Assembly: GCA_951406725.2 (NCBI GenBank)
Contig: OX597828.1
Coordinates: forward strand, 60,636,001-60,700,000
Origin: Octopus vulgaris
Lineage: Eukaryota
Direction: 5' to 3'
DNA: 64,000 nucleotides
Shown here: positions 28,329-38,802 of the stretch, piece by piece
Position numbering within the stretch: position 1 is the first letter of the stretch
Layout: each line of letters starts with the position of its first letter
Translations under genes and position numbers: made by a program
The notes under the pieces: model-generated
The model's database searches: none
Seen by the model: only the letters and a program-made list of their open reading frames with translations
Told to the model about the DNA's origin: nothing

Positions 28329-28516
28329 TCACATATATATACACATATATACATACACATACATACATACACACATATACACATATACACACATATACAC
28401 ATATATACACACATACACATACATACATATACACACATACACATACATACGTATACATACATACATACATCCATACATCCATACATACATACATTTATAC
28501 ACATACATATCTATAT

Positions 28517-28549
<33 letters not shown>

Positions 28550-28939
28550 CATATATACATATATATTCATACACACACATACATATACATACATACATAT
28601 ACAAATATACGCACACACATACATACATACTCATATACTCATACACGCACATACACATGTACATGCGTACCCATACACACACACACACACGCGCGCATCC
28701 ATATATACACATAAGTACACCCATGCGTAAAAGTATACATATATCTATGCTTACACATACACACACACACACGCGCCTCCTTATATTCATACTTACATGC
28801 ATACTCAAAAAATAAGTAAATAGTAAAATATATATACGCGCAGTTATTCATACATGCATACTCAAAAAATAAATAATAAATATTAAGTATATGTACGTGC
28901 AGTTACCTATTATATAGACGGATACATACATATAAACTT

Positions 28940-28998
<59 letters not shown>

Positions 28999-29065
28999 CA
29001 CATATACACATATATATACACATACACACATACATACATATATATATACACACACACACACATAC

Positions 29066-29096
<31 letters not shown>

Positions 29097-29297
29097 TACT
29101 TACACATGTACATATAAATACACACATAGATAACTCTACGTACCTACATATACATAAACACACGAGCGTACGCGTATATGTACATATACACATACAATAC
29201 ACACGCATATATATACATACATACATACACATACACACATGTATACACACACACACACATACACATATATATACATACACATATATATATACACACA

Positions 29298-29331
<34 letters not shown>

Positions 29332-29496
29332 CATATATATATATACACATACACATACACACACATATATACATGTGTGCAAACATACATACATTCTCAT
29401 ACAAGCACACACACTTACATTTACATATATACACACACTTACACACATATATACATACACATGTACATACATACATACATACGTATATGCATACAT

Positions 29497-29547
<51 letters not shown>

Positions 29548-29626
29548 CATACACAAACACATACCCATACATATATATACACACATATATATACACATGC
29601 ACATACTTATATCTCTACATACTCGC

Positions 29627-29675
<49 letters not shown>

Positions 29676-29932
29676 CACACACATACATATACCTATATAC
29701 ATGCATACATACACATACATATATATATATATACACATCTACAATTTGTATCTACACTCACATACCTGCACATACACATAACTCTACATACCTACATATA
29801 CATCGACATACTCGCGTACACTCATATATATACACATATATACATATACACATACATATACATATACATATACATATATATAAAAAACATATACACACAC
29901 ATACATATATGTATATATATATATATATATAC

Positions 29933-30015
<83 letters not shown>

Positions 30016-30404
30016 CACATACATATATACATACATACATACATACACATACATACATGTACATATACACATACACACACATATATATACACACACATAC
30101 ATATATCAACAATTGAGGGTAAAGTTAATTAGTTATTAATCAATTTCACCAAGTATTCAGTTGTAAAAGGACCATTATTTTTATGAGTAAACAAAGTCTG
30201 AGGGAAAATATTCTCTAAGTAGTGGAAGAGGCTAAAAAACCTTATTGGCTGCTATTTCTAGAGAGTTCAGTATGTGGCAAAGTAATTTATTTTACTAAGC
30301 CCTAATTATATAATATTTTATACATACATACACATACATACACACATACATATACACATACATATGCATACACACATATATACATATCTACATACATACA
30401 TCTA

Positions 30405-30435
<31 letters not shown>

Positions 30436-30590
30436 GCACATACATATATATATATATACACATATATATATTTTTTTACATACATACACGCACACACACA
30501 CATAATACATGCGTATAATTCTACTATACCCATACATTTCTATACATATATACGATACACATATACAAGCATGCACATACAATATGTGAA
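27090..30590. repeat. ~3.5-kb compound (TA)n/(CA)n/(CATA)n microsatellite mosaic
   Basis: Directly visible. The many Y/I/H/T- and C/V/M/Y-rich ORFs here are artefacts. Confidence 0.95.
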
Positions 30591-30665
30591 AGGTCTTAGG
30601 AGAAAAGGTAATCGGGGGTGCTAGGGGAACGGTGGGATTGGGGGGGTTTTGTGGGTGGGGTGTCA

Positions 30666-32330
30666 TCAATCTGGTTGCCGGGTAGGTCTATAGTTCTTGT
30701 AGTTCGCATACTTCTTATGCATACAATTTGGGGAGTGTTCTGAGATTTTGTTAAGGAGAGGGCCTTTGGCGAACAAGATCTCTAGGCTCTCCGATATGCA
30801 GAGGTCACAGCAGGTATGGCCTCCTGTGTACGAGCGCGCCTTCTGTAGTAGTTTCCACTTGGTCTTGAAGGGGATGGAGTTCCTTTTAAGGTACCAGATG
30901 TGGGCGGCGAGGGTAGTTTGGTTGGATTTATCCTGTCGCCGGAACGAGTGTGTGTGTGCGTACCAACGGGTCTTAAAGCTGTTTGACGTCATTCCTATGT
31001 AGGATTTTCTTTTATCGTCAGGGCCTGATCTTACCTCGCATGTATATACTAGGTCCCTCTGTAGGCAGTTGTTGTTGAGGGGGCAGGTGGTTTTATCAGG
31101 GCAGTTGCAATTGCTATCGGACGTTGGATGGGCCTCGGAAAAAGTAGATATGTTAAGTTTTTTCACATTGTTGTTGGCTAGGTTCCTGGCTAGATTGGGC
31201 GTGGTAGAGTAGGAGAGTCTAATAGTGTTCTTATTTAGGATAGTGTAGTACTTATGTTGGGTGGGGAAGTGTTTCTGTAGGAGAGTGAAGAAGATTTTAG
31301 CTACAGGTGTAGCGACCTCACGGTTGAAGGGGGGTTGTACCAGCTAATGTGTCTTCGTCTATTTTTCCTGGGTTGGCGTGGGGCTATACTAGTATAGGTA
31401 ATCTTATCTTTGAAGCCACTGCGGGCCAGGGCCTCGTTGTAATAGGGGGCTGCGGCCTTAAAGATATCTTCCGTGGCGGACAGGCTAGAAATTCTAATTG
31501 AGACACTTTTTACTAGGTTATCTAATATATTTTTGGGGTGGTTGGAATTAATATCTATATATTTAAGGGATTCATTCGGTTTGTGGTACGGGTAATAAAG
31601 TGAGGTTTTTAAGTCGAGGGTGACATCAAGGAAGTTAGCTTTAGTTAAGTTGGATTCTAAGGTAATCCTAAGGCCTAAGTTTTTAAAGAAGGTGTAAAGA
31701 TTTTTCCGGAACCCATCCGTGGTCCTGGGGTTTATTTTGTGGAGGGCGAAAAGGCCGTCATCGCGGTAAAGACCACCGGAGAGGCCTGTGAATAGGGTTT
31801 TCAGCCTATGGAGGATGAAAAGGCCCACTAGGTCACTTATTTCAGCAGAGTCGTTAGCACCCATGCTGACGTCGAAGGGGGTCACAGATTTTTTGTTGAT
31901 CCAGTGGGATCCGTCATAGAAAAGAAAAGTCTTACGTGCGTGGAGTATCACATCTTGCTCGACCTCGGTGATGGTGGAAGACCTCCTGGCGAAGTTAATC
32001 GCGTCGATCAGCAAGCTCTCCGATATGGAGGCGTAGTAATCCTCGATATCCAGTTGTAGGAATCGGGTGTTGCTTTTATCAGGTAAATCCTGGAACCAGG
32101 TTATTGCCTCGGAGGTCCTATTCCAGAGTGGAAGGGGTGAAGCTTCACGCATTTTTGGTAAAATCCTGTCCAGGATCTTCTTGCTGACGGATCCGATGTC
32201 AGACTTGGTTGGGTTAATCAAACGGACCGACGGTTTATTTTCGAAATGGTCTTTGTGGTCTTTCAGGGTGAAGTGTGGGGGCTTCACCCTCAGAGGTTCG
32301 GTTCGGTCATCGATTTTAAGGGAGGTGGCA
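30666..32330 (-). CDS. Penelope-like (Naiad) RT-GIY-YIG polyprotein, 5'-truncated, with one frameshift in a G6 run at about 31329..31334
   Basis: KDHKDHFENKPSVRLINPTKSDIG, LDIEDYY, FDVSMGANDSAEISDLVG, GLYRDDGL. Linker CNCPDKTTCPLNNNC (CxCx5Cx5C), then DLVY...YIGMT..FKTRW..H, CDLC and LLNK. Adding one C at WYNPP fuses both ORFs without stops. Confidence 0.85.
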
Positions 32331-32531
32331 ATCTTTTTTTTTTTTTTTTTTTTTTTTATTTTTTATTTTTTATTTTATTTTTTATTTATTCTTCTATCTA
32401 ATTTAACACTGACTCCTTGACCACTCCCCCAAGTATGATATTTTGCGCTATGCCTACCCCCAAAAGGTCCCCCACCAACACCCCTTTAAACCTGCCTAAA
32501 TGTATAAATGCCAATACAATTCTTGTTAACT

Positions 32532-32582
32532 AGCTTCCTGAAGATTTCTCTTGAATGAAACAGTTCTAGTCCTGTAGAAGCT
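32532..32582 (+). ncRNA. Type I hammerhead ribozyme in inverted pLTR
   Basis: Stem I AGCTTC/GAAGCT; core CTGAAGA; stem II TTC-TCTT-GAA; GAAA; stem III CAG...CTG; GUA cleavage triplet. Confidence 0.85.
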
Positions 32583-32665
32583 CCTTCTATATAATAAATT
32601 AATTTTACTCTGCTATGTATTGAGTACCTTATTTACTGTGGTTAACCCCGAATCAACCCGGGACC

Positions 32666-32702
<37 letters not shown>

Positions 32703-32708
<6 letters not shown>

Positions 32709-34700
32709 CCAATAGTACTTAATAAGGCACTTTGTGTTGCTCATAACAAAGCTGGTCTCACCCGAGAAGAAATTAATGTTGTGTTGGCAGCCAGAAGATC
32801 TATTATTAAATTTGATAATAAGTTGTGGGTCCGTAAAGACACACCAGATAGTTTCGATATACCAATGGGAAGTTCTGATTCAGCACAGATAGCTGATTTG
32901 GTCTGTGTATATATTCTTTTTGAAATGGCAGAAGAGCTCCCTAACATTTATGGAGGTCTATATCGTGATGATTGTTTACTTTAACTCCAAAATGTTTCCA
33001 ATCAAAAGGTACAAAAAGTTAAGAATAGTGTAGTTAATTTTTTCAGTAGAATAGGCTTAAAAATCGTTTTTGATGACGATATGACGAAGGCCAACTTTTT
33101 AGATATTACGCTTAATTTACACAGTGACTCTTACTTCCCATATCGTAAACCGTTGACCAATCTTAAGTACATTAGCAAATTTAGTAATCATCCTAGAGTA
33201 ATTACTAAGAACTTAGTTAAGAATATTTCATTTAGATTATCTAAATTATCTGCTAATGTTGATATTTTCAATGATAACGCTGACTTCTATAACTCTCCCT
33301 TAATTAAAGTATGTTATACAGAGAAATTTTTTTACATTGATTCTGCTCAGTCTAATTGTAAATTCAATAATGTAGATAAGATTTCTAGTCGTAAAAGAAT
33401 TATTGATAACAAACATAACTTACGCACCGATACAAAGCGAATGAAGGCAGATAACCCTTATTTAATCCCATATTATCGTTCTAAAAGTAAATATAACACC
33501 TTCAAAAATAATTACGCTATGAATACTAGTAAAAATATTTGGTTAATAATTCCTTACGGGAGAGAAATTAAATCTAATCTCCCACTGCTGTTTCGTCAAG
33601 CTATTGCTTGGAATTTTCCAAAAAATTCTAGGTATTACTCTATTATCAATTCACAAACGGTTCAAACACAAAAAATCTCTTACAAATTATCTCTTCACAT
33701 AATAACGAACTGTTAAATATTAATACATTTACTTATACTAACATTAATTTAGCTAATACCAACCGGCCCTCTAGAAATATTAAAAACAAGGTTATTGTAT
33801 CTGAAGTCAATTCCAATAGAATTAAGTTTATGTCAAGTAACTCTAAGATTAAAAATTCTATATACCAGTGTATAATCAGTACTCGTAATAAAGTACGATT
33901 TTACATTGGAAGCACATCGTTAGAGTTATCTAAAAGAATTTCTATCCATTACTCAACATTTAGGGATAGAAATAAACGTAATAGTACCGGTCTCAGCAAC
34001 CTGATTTGGGATCTAAAAGACCACAATGAACAATTTCATTTAGAATAGTTGATTCTCTCAGTATTGATACCTTATGACAAAGGCAAGGAATTCTGTCTTC
34101 TCTGCAATTCTGAGCTATTTTTCATTATTTTTTCTAAAAATCCCCTAGTAAACACGGTTATTGAGCGAGCATACAGATGTAAACATTGGCAAAAACACAC
34201 ATTTAGTGCATATAAGTAGTCTCTATCATTATATATAATTTAAACTTTAATTTCCTTTATATTTAACATTCACTATTAATATCCCTACTCTTTCTGTAAG
34301 CTACTTATGACGTTATATCATATAAGGTTTTTTTAATAGCGTTCAGTCAATCGCTATACAAATCCATCATTTTTTGCTAAAATGTCTTATTGACGAGTTT
34401 CGTTTTTTTTTACTTTCCTGAAGAGAAGATTGCATTGTTTATACCATTTATTCTTTTGAATACTATCAGTGGAATTTTCGAAACATGTGTCGAAAGTAAA
34501 AATATTTGATTTACACCTGCGTTAAACTCCATTTATTTATTCATATATTATTCAAAATATTCCAGGTAAACACGAAGTTTCTACCTTTATAAACAAGGAG
34601 TTACAACATCTTTACTGGTGAGATTTTTGGTACCCTGGTAACTACTTATTTATTTTTTCCGTGTTAATTGTTAACAAGGTAAAAATACACTCATCTATTT
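32703..34700 (+). mobile_element. Second Naiad-type Penelope-like element, 5'-truncated, decayed
   Basis: FDIPMGSSDSAQIADLV and GLYRDDCL (32703..32984). After one in-frame TAA it continues KANFLDITL..PYRKP..SNHP (33081..33716). GIY-YIG SIYQC...YIGST (33830..34048), then CLLC and RCKH. HHR in the 3' UTR. Confidence 0.88.
34407..34502 (+). ncRNA. Type I hammerhead ribozyme with extended stem II
   Basis: Stem I TTTTTACTTTC/GAAAGTAAAAA; CTGAAGA at 34418..34424; stem II GAAGATT...AATTTTC; GAAAC-ATGT-GTC (palindromic ACATGT in stem/loop III); GUC triplet. Confidence 0.85.
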
Positions 34701-34705
34701 ATATA

Positions 34706-34751
<46 letters not shown>

Positions 34752-34752
<1 letters not shown>

Positions 34753-34985
34753 TTTATTTAAAAGTAGCAGAAATTTAACAAAATTTAACAAAACGTGAAT
34801 TTAACAAAACGTGAAACTCTGTTACCCAGAGTTTCACGTTCCCATTCGTCGGACGAACGGGAACGTGAAACTCCGAGTAACAGGTTTTGTTAAGTTTCTG
34901 CTGCTTTTAAATAAAGCATATTACTCTACCTCTGGTATTTGAGTACTCTTTTTCCCACCTTGTTTCACATTTATGTGTTTACTCC

Positions 34986-34988
<3 letters not shown>
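34752..34988. repeat. Fold-back repeat whose axis lies inside a hammerhead core
   Basis: Arms 34752..34850 and 34851..34916 with a one-sided tail at 34917..34988. The + arm reads GACGA-ACG-GGAA-CGT-GAAA-CTC-C-GAG-TA-ACAG. Flanked by (TA)n. Confidence 0.75.
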
Positions 34989-35040
<52 letters not shown>

Positions 35041-35049
35041 ATGTATGTA

Positions 35050-35250
35050 TTTGTGTTTGCGCCCCACTATCGCTTGAGAACCATGCTGGTGTGTTTACGT
35101 CCCCGTAACTTAGCGGTAAAAGAGACCGATAGAATAAGTACTAGGCTTACAAAGAATAAGACATGGACTCGATTTGTTCGACTAAAGACGTTGCTCAAGT
35201 ATGGCCGCTGTCATATGACTGGAACAATTAAAAGAATAAAAGAATAAATA
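35050..35250 (+). mobile_element. CORE-type SINE, 3' half
   Basis: GTCCCCGTAACTTAGCGG..AAGAGACCGATAGAATAAGTACTAGGC...TGACTGGAACAATTAAAAGAATAAAAGAAT matches the 3' half of the near-complete copy at 51875..52297. Confidence 0.8.
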
Positions 35251-35566
35251 TATATATATATAATTCAGTGTTTCTTAACCAATGTTTCAAACTATGGTTC
35301 TTTTCAATCCCTATTTTACTCAGTTGAACTCCAACAGCCATTCGATGTTTAAAAATTCATATTTTTATAACTAAGTATTATTAGGAATTGAATCAAAAGA
35401 TTGTTAAAATATTTAATGTATTATATAAGTATAACCAATTCATGGCACAAAATCTTACATCGATTTCCAAGGTCATATGGACACCGGTTGCATATATGAC
35501 CTCGTGTGTACCGTTGGCGATTTTTTCTCCTCTGTCTTCCCTTCTCTGGATCTTTCCTCCTCCTAT

Positions 35567-35601
35567 GTTTCCGACGAAGAGCTCCGCTCGAAACGTTAAA
35601 C
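35567..35601 (+). ncRNA. Minimal hammerhead-like motif (CCGACGA core variant) in a pLTR-like repeat at about 35330..35700
   Basis: GTTT-CCGACGA-A-GAGC-TCC-GCTC-GAAA-CG-TT-AAAC. Stem III is minimal and palindromic. Confidence 0.55.
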
Positions 35602-35720
35602 CCTCCTTCTGTCCTTCTTTCCTGAGCATCCAATAATATTATATTTGTTCCACGTCCTCGCGTTGTTGTGTTTTTTGTGCTTTCTTGTTTGGATTAACTA
35701 TATATATATATATATACATA

Positions 35721-35994
35721 CTAGCAGTATCGCCCGGCGTTGCTCGGGTTTGTAAGGGAAATAACTATTTAAGCATTTTTAGAGAGTTACTTCCCTTATA
35801 TAATAGCAAAAAACTGCATTAAAAATGGGAGAAAATGATGGTAAATTTTTTTTTTAAATCGTAGACTCATCGATATGAATCACGACTATAAGATACCCGC
35901 TTTTGGTTAAACTGCACCGCAAAATGTGGGAGTAGTTAGGAATCTAAATCGTAGGAGACAGACACTCATACAACTTCACTTTTATATATAAAGA
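35721..35994 (-). mobile_element. Non-autonomous Helitron
   Basis: Minus strand starts A|TCTTTATATATAAAAG and ends with hairpin CCCGAGC-AAC-GCCGGG plus CTAG|T (A/T insertion site, no TSD). Confidence 0.85.
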
Positions 35995-36015
35995 TATATG
36001 GATGTAAGATTTTGT

Positions 36016-36095
<80 letters not shown>

Positions 36096-36653
36096 GGCAA
36101 GTTAAGCAACAATCTAAGGGATAATAAATATCCAATATAATACTGGATGTATACCTACGTATTTATATCCAAATGCTTACTATTGCAGGGCAATATCGCA
36201 ATTGAATAATAGGTATGAGTGGGGGTCAAATAGAAATTCACCCAGAACTTATAAGCCAAATAAGAAAATGGTGAGGATAAACAATCGACAAACGTCAGCT
36301 TGTAAACATTCATTTGGAACTATTTATTAATCAATTACAATCATATGTATAAGTAATCAAAATAAACAAATGAAGTAAAAACAAAAATAAATAAAAATGA
36401 ATAATAATAAATGAGTGAAAACATACTAAGTTTTCCACATCATGCCAGAAATATACAAGGATTGTACAAAGGTTGAACAAAAATTGGACAGGGGTTGGAC
36501 AATGATTGAGCCCCAAAGCTTCGTCAGCGAGGCCATAATGTTAGGAATCTAATATGTGAGGAAGTAAGGTAAAATAATGATAAAATATAACATAATAGAA
36601 ATAGTAAGGAATGGTAAAAACATCAATTCCATGGTGATATCCATATATATATT

Positions 36654-36705
<52 letters not shown>

Positions 36706-36707
<2 letters not shown>

Positions 36708-36975
36708 ACCGTGACCGACCAGGCTATCAGATGTTGTTACACATCGCTGCTCACAATGCGCTTAGCATTGTTTTAGCCTTCAAATGACGCCACCCCGCTG
36801 GCTAAGCGAGCAGGCAAACAGAAGAAAGAGTGAGAGAATGTTGTAGCGAAAGAGTACAGCAGGGATTGCCATCCCCCAACCTGCCGGGCCCTAGTGGAGC
36901 TTTAGGTCTTTTCGCTCAGTAAAGACTCATAACGCCCGGTCTAGGGAACCGCGAGTCCGCAGCGCCTCCACTATA
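36706..36975 (-). mobile_element. tRNA-derived SINE (third family), head partly deleted
   Basis: Minus strand begins TAGTGGAGGCGC..GCGGACTCGCGGTTCCCTAGACCGGGCG. GC-rich island between (TA)n tracts. Confidence 0.55.
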
Positions 36976-37066
36976 TATATATATATATATATATTCGGCA
37001 CACGAAGAGTATGAAACAACTCTTTATAAACATGCTTTTCAGTCATATTCTGATTAACAGCGCTGC

Positions 37067-37215
37067 TGTTTCCGTCTACCAAATTCAGTCACAAGTCTGT
37101 GGTCAGCCTAGGGCTATAATAGCAAACACTTGCCCAAGGTACTATGTTGAGGGACTGAAACTGTGACCATGTGGCTGGGAAGCAAACAACTACACCACAC
37201 AGTCATTCTTGCACC
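37067..37215 (-). mobile_element. CORE-type SINE 5' fragment, old
   Basis: Diverged match to 2865..3024. Confidence 0.7.
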
Positions 37216-38087
37216 TAATATGTGTGTCTGTGTGTGTTTACATTTGTTGTTAAATCGAGTCTTGTGTCCCATTCTGTCTCAAAGTTAATAGTTCATCAAG
37301 CAAGGTTCTATAAAATAAATGCCAGATTGAAATACTGGGATCAGTATAATCAATTAAATGTTTGAAGCTGATACCTCATCATGGTGACAGTCGAAAGATT
37401 ACAGCCAGTAAAATAATGTTTAAAGACTTAACAGCTTCAAAGTTAAGGCAATGGATTATTAACCACAAGATAATGAGTTCAAAACTTCGTATTGAACTTC
37501 TACTCTATACGATAACATCAATATATACATCATATGTACATATGTACAATATGTACATCTAGTCAAGTCTACTTGACTTCCAACAATTAACAATTGTAAG
37601 TTGAATGTTTAGCAGTGAGAACGATGTCCAGATTCCTTAAGAAATTATTGCGCGAAATATTCCGAGAAAAAGTATTTTTTCCACCGCAACAAAATACACA
37701 CACACACCTATACACAGGCGCGCACATACACAACACACACACACACACGCGTGCACACACACAAAACACGCGCGTACATACACACACACACACACAGTTG
37801 CCTCTCTTAGCAAAAGATCTGAAAATTGTGCGAGTCAAAAAATTTATTGTGCAAAATATTCAGAGAAAAAGTATTTTTTCACCACACCAAGTTACTTCCC
37901 TTAGCTGAAGACCACAAAAATGTGTGACTCGACCTCGTTTTCGAGGTTAATTTTACTGTGCAAAAAACATATTTTATTTGGTAGTCGAAATATTACTGAA
38001 TCTTTCAAACCTCATACGTCAAAATCAGCAACACAGTTTTTGAATTCATAAGGAACACACACACACACACATACACTGTTATATTAC

Positions 38088-38154
<67 letters not shown>

Positions 38155-38178
38155 GTGTGTGTGTGTGTGTGTGTGTGT

Positions 38179-38505
38179 AAACAATTGCAGCGTGGAAGGT
38201 TTTTATAAGCCATTTAAAACATACACAAAAACCGTTAGATACACTTCAACATTTAAATATAATTTTCCAAAATAATTTCGTCGTTTTGAGACAGCGACCT
38301 GTTCACTGAAAAAATTCCGTGATGCAGCACGGAATTTTGTCAGTAAACAGGTCGTGGTCTCAAAGCATATTAATTTTAAATGTTCAAGTGAATCTAAGGT
38401 TTTTGTGTGTTTTTAAATGGCTTATAAACACCTTCAACATTGCAGTTCTTTTTGTTTCAGCACACAATCTCAGATCAGGTCACTTGCTATGCAAGTACAT
38501 CTCCG

Positions 38506-38506
<1 letters not shown>
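38179..38506. repeat. Fold-back repeat with ~140-bp arms and one-sided tail, in TA/TG microsatellite
   Basis: 38179..38320 is a near reverse complement of 38329..38450. Extra tail at 38451..38506. Confidence 0.8.
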
Positions 38507-38573
<67 letters not shown>

Positions 38574-38802
38574 GTGTGTGTGTGTATGTGTGTGTGCTTG
38601 TGTGTGTGCACATGTGTGTGTGCGTGTGTGTGTATGTAAGTATGTATGTGTTTGTGCGTGTGTATGTATATATATATCATTTACTTTTTATCATTTATAT
38701 GTTCCTTTTACATACTGCCACAGGTTGGTATAGATGAGTTATGCAGCGGAGGTTAAATCAATGTGTTCACATGACGTACTTCGCGAGACTATCAAAACGC
38801 TC

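Larger units (their letters stand above)
26847..32668 (-). mobile_element. Naiad-type Penelope-like element, young, 5'-truncated with inverted pLTR
   Basis: RT ORF 31301..32287 and GIY-YIG ORF 30666..31166. 26847..~27110 and 32334..32603 are inverted copies with no differences seen in the unique part. Both ends lie in (TA)n. Confidence 0.9.

Noticed and set aside
30666-31166. Possible selenocysteine-encoding Naiad (in-frame TGA at linker Cys positions)
   Set aside because: All four linker cysteines are TGC codons and the only TGA is terminal. The stops noted in the second Naiad are TAA/TAG.
31301-32287. Prokaryotic RT systems (retron, DGR, group II intron) or telomerase
   Set aside because: RT motifs with a C-terminal GIY-YIG and pLTR/HHR identify a Penelope-like element. 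The other RTs have non-LTR signatures.
36490-36535. CTGACGA box on the minus strand (also isolated CTGANGA near 12090 and 45470 on the + strand)
   Set aside because: No correctly placed GAAA box or closing stems.
37641-37888. ~47-bp imperfect direct repeat around a CA tract
   Set aside because: Short, AT-rich and diverged. No element boundaries could be defined.
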